Source of the DNA: Epithemia pelagica
Lineage: Eukaryota; Protista; Bacillariophyta
Length of the DNA: 64,000 bases
Assembly: GCA_946965045.2 (NCBI GenBank)
Contig: OX337240.1
Coordinates: 3,038,001-3,102,000 of the forward strand
Reading direction: 5' to 3'
Position 1 is the first letter of the stretch, and each line of letters starts with the position of its first letter. The position numbers and the translations under genes are program-made. Positions 24,330 to 33,406 of this stretch are shown in pieces. Below the pieces are notes generated by a model, which made no database searches, was not told where the DNA came from, and worked only from the letters and a program-made list of their open reading frames with translations.

Positions 24330-24480
24330 CCTTGGCAGCCGTGTGGCTGATGGTCCTTGTCACGGACACTTGCAAATGCCTCGGTCCTCGGTCCAAATCC
24401 ATTGCCGACCATGTGGCCGAACATGACATATGTCCATGTGGTGCACGGTGTGGGACCCGTCCAAGAAACGGGTATCCGTC
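24330..24480 (+). pseudogene. TIMP-like gene, 5' remnant with a large internal deletion (copy A)
   Basis: VLVTDTCKC...SIADHVAE matches the intact copy at 42526-43275. After GAAACGGGTA (about 24474) the sequence jumps to DNA equivalent to about 36295 of copy B, about 0.7 kb missing. Confidence 0.75.
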
Positions 24481-25437
24481 GGGGAACAACAAGACATACC
24501 AAACTATTTATGGGTAGTAGAGTATCATAAACCATTGGTTGAATTTTGTGGTCCAGCACCACCACCCATTGCCAACAACATCTTGGAGTCGTCCGCCCAA
24601 GAATCATCCACATTCGATGCTCGAACTGTCGGCACACGAGTACAAACACTCTCTCTCTATTTATACGAGTACATGGTGGATGGTCCTTTCCTCCTGGCTG
24701 GGCATGCCATAACCAATCGAGGTCGGTCCTGCGGTTCGCGGTCACGCATTTCCAGCAGAGATTTTCGGTTGCGCTACCTTTGGTAGTCTGGGATGGGACT
24801 CTCTTTTCTCTGCACGGATCACTGATCACTAGGAGTACTTTTATCCTTTCTCATTTGTTTGTTTCATATTATTGGTCACGCCCAGTGTCATTCATTATTT
24901 TTTGCTCCACACATACAGCAGCCTTGCAAACTGTCGGATGGCAATGACAATAATGACGACTCTGGAACGGTGCGAAAGAGTGCAATGCTATTATTAGTAT
25001 CGATGACCCCAATCCGAAGCACACCCCAAAACGGAAGGTTCGCGCTGTCAGAGGACACCTATATCCGTGTAGTAGTCTGGAACAAAAAGGAGAGACCATG
25101 GCAACAAGATCGGTGCTCGACCTAGTTACTACTCCTAGCCACAATAGGCATTTTCATCATGGTAGCACAGGTAGGCTTTTCTCCAACGGATGCGCATACC
25201 TCTTGTAGCTCCTGCAGAGACCTCTCCAGCGCATACCTACTCTAGCTCTAGAGAGCTCCATACCCCCAAGCGCCGGGTGAGTTTGAATCCCGCCTGAGTC
25301 GGAGAAAATATGCATTCGTGTTCTCACCCCCATGGCGCGTCCTCCAAATTTGGCGATTTCTCGATGTTGATACAAAATCATTTGCACCTCAACGCTTTCA
25401 CCGCGGACCCAAACTTGTGATACCAAGTGCATCCACC

Positions 25438-27627
25438 ATGGACCCTTCCAACCCATTCCAACGCTTTACACAGGAAACCAACACAATCGAAGAGTTATCT
25501 ACGGCGTCGCTGGTGCCTACACCGAACCACTTGGTGTCCACAGCCAACGTTCTATCTGCCCTCCGTCACCACAGCAACGAGGCCAGTGATGACCATGCAA
25601 CAAACTCCCAAGACACTTCTATTCGACCCGTCCGACCCGATTTCCCTTCCCCTCCCAATACCCCTTATGCATTACCCCTACTCGAGCAGGCCATCTTGCT
25701 GTCCTTTACTGACTGGCATGACAAAACTGCAAGACCATGGCAAGTGAACGCTTGCGGAGAAGTGATTAAGCGCCACACCATGCAACCTACGTCCTTTCCC
25801 ATCCTACGTCCTGTCCTTCTTGTCCGCTCCACCGGCGGTGGCAAGTCGGCCGTGAGAGATGTATCCGGATTTCTTTGTGGAGGGATTTCCATAACCATTG
25901 TCCCTTTATTGAGTTTGGCGGCGGACCAGACTACGAAGCTGACCGACCTTGCTTCGTCCCAAGGCCTCAATCATCGCCTGCAAGTGTTCAACCTCGACGT
26001 AATCCGTTCTCCGAAATTGAACGATACTCTTCGGAACCATCTCGAGCAGTTCACAAGCGCAGATGCGTCAAAAAAACGCGTCTTTTTGTTCACTTCCCCA
26101 CAAAAAATTACCACCAATCCACCATGGCAGGAAACTATATCGCGATGTTGTCACAATGGCACACTACGATTGATTGGGATAGATGAATGCCATCTCTATG
26201 CTTCTCACGGCATGGAATTCAGAGCCGAATTCGGGGCGTTGCGAAAGTGTCTATTCAAGATCGTTACACGACAATCAAAGATCCCCATACCAGTGCTATT
26301 TATGACGGCTACTGCATCGTCTGCAATGGTTGAGGACTTACAAACGCTGACTGGGTTGAGGTTCGATGTCACCCAAGACCTTCTTTGGCCCCATCGTCAC
26401 TCAGGCGTCCATCGCCGCAATATTTATCTTGAATTGTCCTTCAAGGATACTGCACTTCGACGGATCAAGGCAGAACTTGTAAAAACATGCCGGTCTACAA
26501 CAGGCCAGAAGATGATTGTGTATTCAAACTCAAGGAAGGCAATCCTGAATCTGCACAAGAACTGTCGTGCGGAACTCAACCGCCTCGGGATTCAAAAGGA
26601 CTTACTGTTGGTCCACGGAACAATGTTCAGAGAACAAAAGTTCCACCACACAGACCTTTTCGTGGGGAAACCACTGTCGGACGAATGTCCCACAACGGGA
26701 CGTACCTTGCGATTTGACCCTGTAGCCCTGTTTGCCACAGCAGGAACCGCGAGTTCTGGAATTGACTGTGCCGATGTGCATAAAGTCATTTTCCATGGTA
26801 TCCCTACAAGCCTACAAGACCTACTGCAATGTTCCGGTCGTTGTGGCCGGAGTCCCACAGCGACTCCGGACAATTCATCCTTCACTATTGTATTTTCCTT
26901 CAACAGTCTCGTTTCCCTCATGACGAGAATTTTCATTATCCCTAAGTATGAAGAATCGCAAAAGAAGAGCAAATCTCAGACAAGCACAACAAACAATTCC
27001 GAAGACAGTGACAAGAACAGTCTCGACTCCAAGCCTTCCGCCACAATCTCTCTGTCAGCCGACACACTTGCCATGCGCCACTGGAACAACCTTTTGCCTG
27101 TCCTTTCTGTGCTGTGTTTGAATCATGGCGGTTGCATTCATTACCAGCTCGAACAGGCCATGCTTCATCCCTTTCATGAAAAGAAATGCGACATGGCCTT
27201 TTGCTGCGATGGTGCTTGTTGGCGATGCAGCAGTGACAATCGTCGTGTTTCAACTCCACTTGATGGCCGAGTGGACAAAGGTGCTTTACAGGATTACTTC
27301 GTGCAGATTTTTATCACCAGGAAACTTTCACCAGCAAAGCTTTCCTTGCATAAGGAGTGCTTCCTAAACGAAATGCTACAATTCGCAACAGTTGGATCTG
27401 ATGGTAAAGAATCCAAACTCTTTGCGAAAAGGGTTTTCCGTTTGAAGGACAAGCGAGCGGCACGACAGCGTGCCAAAGCATTACTCTTGAAATGTTTTGC
27501 ATCTCAGATCCTTGAGCCTGAGATTGACGGCTTACAACTACGAGCTAAGCTTGGATACTATGAGAATGGAAACCCGAGGATGAACTGTGACGAGGCTTGG
27601 GCCGGCTTCAATTTATTCTCTTTCTAA
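25438..27627 (+). CDS. RecQ-like superfamily 2 helicase of the transposon, about 729 aa
   Basis: RPWQ; Walker A STGGGKS; Ia VPLLSLAADQ; FTSPQKI; motif II IDECHL; RecQ aromatic-loop-like GMEFRAEFGAL; III MTATA; IV IVYSNSR; V ATAGTASSGIDCADV; VI QCSGRCGR; C-terminal Cys cluster CIHY...CDMAFCCDGACWRC. The ORF-track start at 25318 overlaps the TIR, so ATG 25438 is preferred. Confidence 0.9.
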   Translation: MDPSNPFQRFTQETNTIEELSTASLVPTPNHLVSTANVLSALRHHSNEASDDHATNSQDTSIRPVRPDFPSPPNTPYALPLLEQAILLSFTDWHDKTARPWQVNACGEVIKRHTMQPTSFPILRPVLLVRSTGGGKSAVRDVSGFLCGGISITIVPLLSLAADQTTKLTDLASSQGLNHRLQVFNLDVIRSPKLNDTLRNHLEQFTSADASKKRVFLFTSPQKITTNPPWQETISRCCHNGTLRLIGIDECHLYASHGMEFRAEFGALRKCLFKIVTRQSKIPIPVLFMTATASSAMVEDLQTLTGLRFDVTQDLLWPHRHSGVHRRNIYLELSFKDTALRRIKAELVKTCRSTTGQKMIVYSNSRKAILNLHKNCRAELNRLGIQKDLLLVHGTMFREQKFHHTDLFVGKPLSDECPTTGRTLRFDPVALFATAGTASSGIDCADVHKVIFHGIPTSLQDLLQCSGRCGRSPTATPDNSSFTIVFSFNSLVSLMTRIFIIPKYEESQKKSKSQTSTTNNSEDSDKNSLDSKPSATISLSADTLAMRHWNNLLPVLSVLCLNHGGCIHYQLEQAMLHPFHEKKCDMAFCCDGACWRCSSDNRRVSTPLDGRVDKGALQDYFVQIFITRKLSPAKLSLHKECFLNEMLQFATVGSDGKESKLFAKRVFRLKDKRAARQRAKALLLKCFASQILEPEIDGLQLRAKLGYYENGNPRMNCDEAWAGFNLFSF

Positions 27628-27654
27628 TGTTATTCCATATTGATAAACCTACTT

Positions 27655-30600
27655 TTATTCATTTCGGAAGCGTTCGAATGCAGCTAACGATCGCTCTAAC
27701 AAAGTATCCTGTTCGTTGTTGTCAGACGTAGTATCCAACCATCCCAAAGTCTCTCCATCATCCTCCATTTCTTCTAATCGTACGTAGAGCTTGTATCTCA
27801 GAAAGTGCTCCTCTCTCTCTTTTCGTTCAACATCTTTTCCTCGCGCCGTTATGACATTCTTTTCGGCAATTTCCTCTAGTGCTACGGCAACGACATCTTT
27901 GGAGGCGATCACATTCATGGGGACTACCTTCATGCCTTTCACTGCTGACTTCTCTATCAGTCCGTCGTCTTGGTCCTTTTCCACACTGTCAGCTCCTTCT
28001 TCATTGTCCTCCTCTTCTTGAGAGGCACTAGCATCCTCGGCATCCTCATCAACTTCATCACATCGGTTATCATCAACATCCTCTGTCTCATCCGTAGTTT
28101 CCGCCGCCTCCTCCTCAATGGCATCTTCAAGTTGCGTTTCCGGAATCTGTTCTTCGTCTTCTTCGAAGACAGTATCTTCTTGGCTATTACCCCATTCTTC
28201 ATCGTTGTCGTCCTCTTTGTCTGAAAAGACCTCCACACTTGGTTGAGTGCCGTAGCCCGATGTATCCTCCATCACTTCCACAACGGCAACTGTTTCGCCA
28301 ATGCTAAAGTAGGACCGGTCTCCCACGGACTCTTCTCCGTCTTGGTCTTTCATTGCGTTTTCCAGTTCTTCATCTTGGTCATTCATGGCCTTTTCCAGGT
28401 CAATCTCTTCGTCGTCCTCAGTCTCATCCACATCCATTTGGTCCCCCTCACGATTGTCGCCCGTTTCTTCCCCCACCCTAGCATTCTTGGCTTTCGAAAG
28501 GGGCCCCATCATGGCCTGAGCCTGGCATAACACATACTGGTGTGTGGTGTCTGCCTCAACCTTACCGTCGCCACCACACCGTCGAAGCTTTTTCTGAACC
28601 TTGAGCGTAGTCAAATCCAATGCTCTCCAAAAATGGTCTCGATCTATCACACTGGAACTGTCACGAGGAACCTCGTAACATTTTGCAAGGACCAGTAATT
28701 CGGTGACCAAAACCCTGTTCAGCTCACTCTTGGGATACGTTGTCCGCTTGTTCCGCTGGCCAGGATCTGCCAGCGCCTCTTCATTGTACTTCGCTATCTC
28801 GGCAGGGTCTCCTTCTTCCTTCACCCGTTCCGCAAGTTCCGACATCCCGTCGGCTCGACCACGAGTATAAAACTCGACAAAATGCTTAGCCCGCTGACAG
28901 GCAGTAAGCATTTGAGACACCTTAATAAACGAGGCTTCGGTTCCGAGATGGTTCATGCCCTTGAAAAAGGGCATGAGCCTCTCCATAATCTGGTCAAGGG
29001 CACTTTCCTTCTGGAAGGCGGATGCGACGCTGGCGGGTTTCTGTCGTTTAGTTCTGTTCAGTCTGAGTTGTTGTAGAACCAAAATAGGAATGCCGTGATA
29101 GTATAACTCCATGAGCCGGAGCTGCGTATTAAAGGAATTCCGTTTGTTTGTTGCGTAAAAGTAGGGCAAATACTCCACGACCATGGCCTCCATTGATATT
29201 GCATCTCCGTGCTGTTCTGCTTCGAGAAATCTCATGTACTTCTTCGTTATCAATAGGAAGTTACAGAGGTAACGTCGTAACCAATGGGGACTCTCGCGAA
29301 CCTCCCGGTTCAAGAAAGCGAGATAAGTCTTTGCAAGATACACGGCCAGATCCTCTCCGCCATTGCTGCCCTTCAGCAAGTCTTCAATCTTTACCTTCTT
29401 GACTGCATTACAAACGAATACGTCGAACATAAGTCGCTCAGTCTCTTCATAAACCAGTGCAACAAGACGGTGACATAGTCTGTAACTATTCGACACGTCG
29501 ATTGGGTCGAGACGCTTCCATTTCAACCTGTGTTGGAAGCACTGCAAGAACCCCCCATAGAATAGTCTGTATATAGATTCCAACATGTGAAATCGAACAT
29601 GGAGGTCTCCCGTAATAGGCACAACACGGTGGATCACTCGGCTTATTGCCATGGCTTGGCGATATGCCTGCCTGAAGGACACTGTTTTGGAATCAGTGAT
29701 CGCCATAACATCATCGAAAAATTGAAAGATTCGGTCAATCGACAAACCGTCACCAACAATAAAGAGCCATTTGTCGTTCCACGAAGCAGCAGGTTTGTAG
29801 ATCTTGTTGTGATCATCCCATTCGAGCAGACCATGGAGTGTCATAAAATCAAGGACAACACCGGACGCCCCGACCTTTGTGGTTTCGTCTAGCACAGATA
29901 CTGGTAGCATCAAAAGTTCAGCAACTGGGGGAAGGTGCCGCCATGTCCGAACAACTCTAGAGGCGAATTGCCGAGCCATGGTGAAAACGTTCGTATCACG
30001 CTTCTTTCTGAGCCGGTTCATAGAATAATTGATCATTTCCCGCTTAGGACATGCTGCAAATTGAATTGGCTGTAGTGTGTAGTCTAGTTCTTGTCCTTTC
30101 CGCCGTCGGATGGAAAGGTAACGTTTAATCGCACGCAATTCCGCACACCATGATACCATTTGCACGTAGCAACGGACTCGCGTTCCAGAAAAATCGAAGG
30201 GGTTTCCATCACGTTCAAGATCGGACTTGTAGGTGCCACGAAATAAGGAAGCAATAGTATCCACCAGAGATGCATGCCGATCGCTCCGATCACACTCGAA
30301 AGCCGGCATTTGATACGGAGCTGGAATATCCTGTTGGATGTAAGTTAGTGCAGGTCGAGAAAGACAGGAATAGACCCATGAAGGTAGCTTCTCAAGATAC
30401 ATAGCCATGACGAACCTGGCTGTCACTCTCGTGTAGATTGCACTCTGTCCACTTTGGAACTGTAGGCGACGGCCGTCTTGTAGGTTATCAAATACGGCAA
30501 GAAGATTTGTTACGTTTCTCAATGACCTTTGGACCTTCTGGTCATAGGTCTTGAGGCATTCTGCAACACGGCGCTCCATCGTTCGCTTTGATACGGAAAT

Positions 30601-32919
30601 TCCAAACCAGATTGGAATCTGAAGGGCCAGCATTCCATGCCCACAAGCATATTGGGCCAAGGCAAAGAGCATGCCGAAGGGGACCAGTAGATGATTGTTG
30701 TGCTTTCTAGCCCGGACGATAAATTGGAAGAAAGCATCAAGGGAGTAGCGTTTGCGAAGAAAGCGTTTATCTGTTGCTGGGGCATCGTCTATCTTCTTCA
30801 GGTATCCACTCATCCCCATTATGGCGTTGAATTGTTGTGGAAGCTGGTGTTCAAATTGTGTCGTCAGTGCGCGCAACTCGTACTCCGAAAGAAATTTATC
30901 GAAAATATTGTTGAATCGGCCAAAGCATTCGTCGAGTCTTTCGTTCAATCTCTCATCTAATTTTTCGCAGAACTTGGCAACAACAGCAGCATCAATGATA
31001 GGAGGAGGCACCAATGCTTGCGACAAGGCTTGTTTCTGAACAGCAGCTATCTTGTTTTCGAATTGGGCTTTTGTCTCTGACGCATCCTGTTGGGCTTGGC
31101 AGCGTTCCCACACACTCTTCAATTCAGCCATCATGTACCTGTCCCCTGTGCTTTCCTGGATGAGGCGATGAAACAGTGTAACGCGATCATCGCCTTGTGC
31201 TTTCAACTGCTTGAACAAGGGCAACCAAGTCCGCTCTGGATGATAGTCTGCCTGTAAAAATACACCTTGGGGATAGGTGTACAACTCGAACCATGAGATA
31301 AGCTGTTGGATACACGCTTGGGGCGGAAAGGAAATATTGCAGTCTATTGCTGAGAAAATAGGAAAGCGTAGGTAGAGTCCATTGTGATTGAACTCGGACA
31401 AGGCTTCCATAACTTGGTCGTAGGTTTTCACACCCTCCTCTGTGATTTTCTTCTTAGTTGCTTGATTACTCTGGACCCACCCAGACAATTGTTTGTAAGA
31501 GCGGCCTTGACAAGAAACAGTCGGAAGGAATTGAGACTGTTCCGTTTCTCGCCAAAGAGTCAACAACCGTTTCCCGTAACGTGGTGGGAGGAGCGCTTCG
31601 TCAAAGAACAGAACGATCGCGGTTTCCTCTTCTATGAACCAGATATCCTCAAGTAATAGAGTCCGCAATGCAAAAGACGTCACAACATGTATTTGATTGT
31701 TTTGTTGGTTGGAATCTGGCGAATTGGTTTCGGACGGTGCAACTGAATCGCTTCGTTTCCGTTTGGTGGAGGATAAACGGTTATAGCGACGCTGTTTCTT
31801 GGTTCCAGTGGTTGACCGAGATACGCCGGCGGTGAAGTTTTTGGCTTTTCGCATCAATTGGGAACAATGGTTGGAGGATAGGGAAAGAGCCTGAGGATTT
31901 TCGGCTTCTGGAGCAACTATAACCAAAGGCGGATGGAGCTTGCTGGATTGCCCGGGGTTTTGACAATGGAGCGGGGGTTGTCGACGCAGAGGAAGCAAGT
32001 ACGTCCCTTCGACAATCTGTTTAACTGGGACTTTCAGATTTGGGTATTTGGCTTGTTGTGGTTGTGGACGACGGACACGTCCTTGCAACAAAGGTGCAGA
32101 GGTTCCGGTAGGCGGTTGGTTGTTGTTGAGCGGAGATTCGGCAGGAGGAGCAACGGCCGTAGGAACGGTGTACTCAGATGCAATCTCGTGGTTGTTGTTT
32201 GTTGTGGTATGATCGTCGTTGTCGTTGTAGTTGTTCGTTGCTGTAGGATCACTGTTGTTGTTGTTGCTCGTGGTAGGATTGATGTTGTTGGTTTCTTGCT
32301 GCTGGTTTGGTGTCTCAACCACTCGCGACATATTCAGAGGCTTCGGTGGTGAAGATTGAGTGCCAAACTCGACGTGTCCAAAGGAATGACGACGGTGAAC
32401 CAGATCGAAGGACTGTGAAGAGGCACCTCTGTTGTTTGGTAGAACAGTAACAGTCCGACGAACGTCAGGGGAAGACCCAGCACTGGGAGTACCTTGGGAC
32501 GATATAGGAAAAGAGGTAAAAGGAAGGCGATGAGGCGCTGGTTGGGTGCGCTCCGATGGGATCGTCGAGAGCGAACTTGCAGCGGCACTGTCAAGGAAGC
32601 CTGAGGGTTCGGACTTTTCTTCGTTTGCTTCGACCTGTCTTGCTGCATTACCATTTGTCGCGAGAGGAGTTTCGTAGGGAGGAAGGGACGAGGTGGTAAC
32701 ATGGACAGATGAAGGAAAAGGGAACGGGTTGGAAGGAGAAGTGGCTGGAGGATGCTGCACTTGAATCTGTTCTTGTGAAGCGTTTCGACTTTCGGCGATA
32801 GTCCTTGTTCTACCCTCTTGTGTCGACGCTTGTGATGCTCCCGATACATCTTGCGCTGCAAAAGCCTTCCTGGCTTGCTTCTGAGAGAGGCGGTGCTTTC
32901 GGTGGGAAGATGTAGACAT
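27655..32919 (-). CDS. Academ-type (DUF6589-like) putative transposase, 1754 aa
   Basis: Motifs AVFDNLQ, FIVGDGLSIDR, PITGDLHVRFHMLESIYRLFYGG and SALDQIMERL match my recollection of the Academ/DUF6589 DN...GD...GxFH...DxxxE pattern. Disordered N-terminus and a very acidic tail. Lies inside the TIR/TSD-bounded unit. Confidence 0.75.
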   Translation of the reverse strand: MSTSSHRKHRLSQKQARKAFAAQDVSGASQASTQEGRTRTIAESRNASQEQIQVQHPPATSPSNPFPFPSSVHVTTSSLPPYETPLATNGNAARQVEANEEKSEPSGFLDSAAASSLSTIPSERTQPAPHRLPFTSFPISSQGTPSAGSSPDVRRTVTVLPNNRGASSQSFDLVHRRHSFGHVEFGTQSSPPKPLNMSRVVETPNQQQETNNINPTTSNNNNSDPTATNNYNDNDDHTTTNNNHEIASEYTVPTAVAPPAESPLNNNQPPTGTSAPLLQGRVRRPQPQQAKYPNLKVPVKQIVEGTYLLPLRRQPPLHCQNPGQSSKLHPPLVIVAPEAENPQALSLSSNHCSQLMRKAKNFTAGVSRSTTGTKKQRRYNRLSSTKRKRSDSVAPSETNSPDSNQQNNQIHVVTSFALRTLLLEDIWFIEEETAIVLFFDEALLPPRYGKRLLTLWRETEQSQFLPTVSCQGRSYKQLSGWVQSNQATKKKITEEGVKTYDQVMEALSEFNHNGLYLRFPIFSAIDCNISFPPQACIQQLISWFELYTYPQGVFLQADYHPERTWLPLFKQLKAQGDDRVTLFHRLIQESTGDRYMMAELKSVWERCQAQQDASETKAQFENKIAAVQKQALSQALVPPPIIDAAVVAKFCEKLDERLNERLDECFGRFNNIFDKFLSEYELRALTTQFEHQLPQQFNAIMGMSGYLKKIDDAPATDKRFLRKRYSLDAFFQFIVRARKHNNHLLVPFGMLFALAQYACGHGMLALQIPIWFGISVSKRTMERRVAECLKTYDQKVQRSLRNVTNLLAVFDNLQDGRRLQFQSGQSAIYTRVTARFVMAMYLEKLPSWVYSCLSRPALTYIQQDIPAPYQMPAFECDRSDRHASLVDTIASLFRGTYKSDLERDGNPFDFSGTRVRCYVQMVSWCAELRAIKRYLSIRRRKGQELDYTLQPIQFAACPKREMINYSMNRLRKKRDTNVFTMARQFASRVVRTWRHLPPVAELLMLPVSVLDETTKVGASGVVLDFMTLHGLLEWDDHNKIYKPAASWNDKWLFIVGDGLSIDRIFQFFDDVMAITDSKTVSFRQAYRQAMAISRVIHRVVPITGDLHVRFHMLESIYRLFYGGFLQCFQHRLKWKRLDPIDVSNSYRLCHRLVALVYEETERLMFDVFVCNAVKKVKIEDLLKGSNGGEDLAVYLAKTYLAFLNREVRESPHWLRRYLCNFLLITKKYMRFLEAEQHGDAISMEAMVVEYLPYFYATNKRNSFNTQLRLMELYYHGIPILVLQQLRLNRTKRQKPASVASAFQKESALDQIMERLMPFFKGMNHLGTEASFIKVSQMLTACQRAKHFVEFYTRGRADGMSELAERVKEEGDPAEIAKYNEEALADPGQRNKRTTYPKSELNRVLVTELLVLAKCYEVPRDSSSVIDRDHFWRALDLTTLKVQKKLRRCGGDGKVEADTTHQYVLCQAQAMMGPLSKAKNARVGEETGDNREGDQMDVDETEDDEEIDLEKAMNDQDEELENAMKDQDGEESVGDRSYFSIGETVAVVEVMEDTSGYGTQPSVEVFSDKEDDNDEEWGNSQEDTVFEEDEEQIPETQLEDAIEEEAAETTDETEDVDDNRCDEVDEDAEDASASQEEEDNEEGADSVEKDQDDGLIEKSAVKGMKVVPMNVIASKDVVAVALEEIAEKNVITARGKDVERKEREEHFLRYKLYVRLEEMEDDGETLGWLDTTSDNNEQDTLLERSLAAFERFRNE

Positions 32920-33406
32920 GGATAAGGTCTTTCACAGACACCGTACCTCTGCCACCGTAATGAATGTGTGGAGATAATATGTGTGTTTTGGGATTTTGTA
33001 TCAACATCGAGAGCTCCAGGACGCGCCATGGGGGTGAGTATACGAAAGCCCTTTTTAAGTGCGACTCAATACTCGCCCGGCGCTTGGGGGTAGAGAGCTC
33101 CAGCCGAGATGAGCTGTTGCGGGACCGAGACTACAATAAGAGCACAGATCAAAGAAACGGGGACACACGTAATTGAATTGGCGGAGGATGAAACAATAAT
33201 GACAGGCGCGGAACTACACTACAATCTACAATCCATCGGCTCGAGGGACGTGATTGAATTATTTGGCGCAACCGCACTCTCTAGCCACGCTCGCATTTCG
33301 TAGTCTGTTTTCGTAAAAAATGAGACGCCACGAACTCGCGCGCTCCAAAGAGGCAACAAACCATTGGACATCTCTCTCTCTCTCGCTCTCTCACTCATCC
33401 TCCATC

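Larger units (their letters stand above)
25261..33092. mobile_element. AcademH-like DNA transposon (transposase + RecQ-like helicase), 7832 bp, apparently intact
   Basis: Termini TACCCCCAAGCGCCGGG (25261-25277) / CCCGGCGCTTGGGGGTA (33076-33092) form a perfect 17-bp inverted repeat. A second perfect 20-bp block lies at 25323-25342 / 33019-33038. Identical 10-bp direct repeats GAGAGCTCCA at 25251-25260 and 33093-33102. Two long intronless convergent ORFs fill the interior. Confidence 0.9.

Noticed and set aside
25438-27627. Host housekeeping RecQ DNA-repair gene
   Set aside because: Enclosed with a transposase-like ORF by TIRs and a 10-bp TSD; divergent motif V; intronless.
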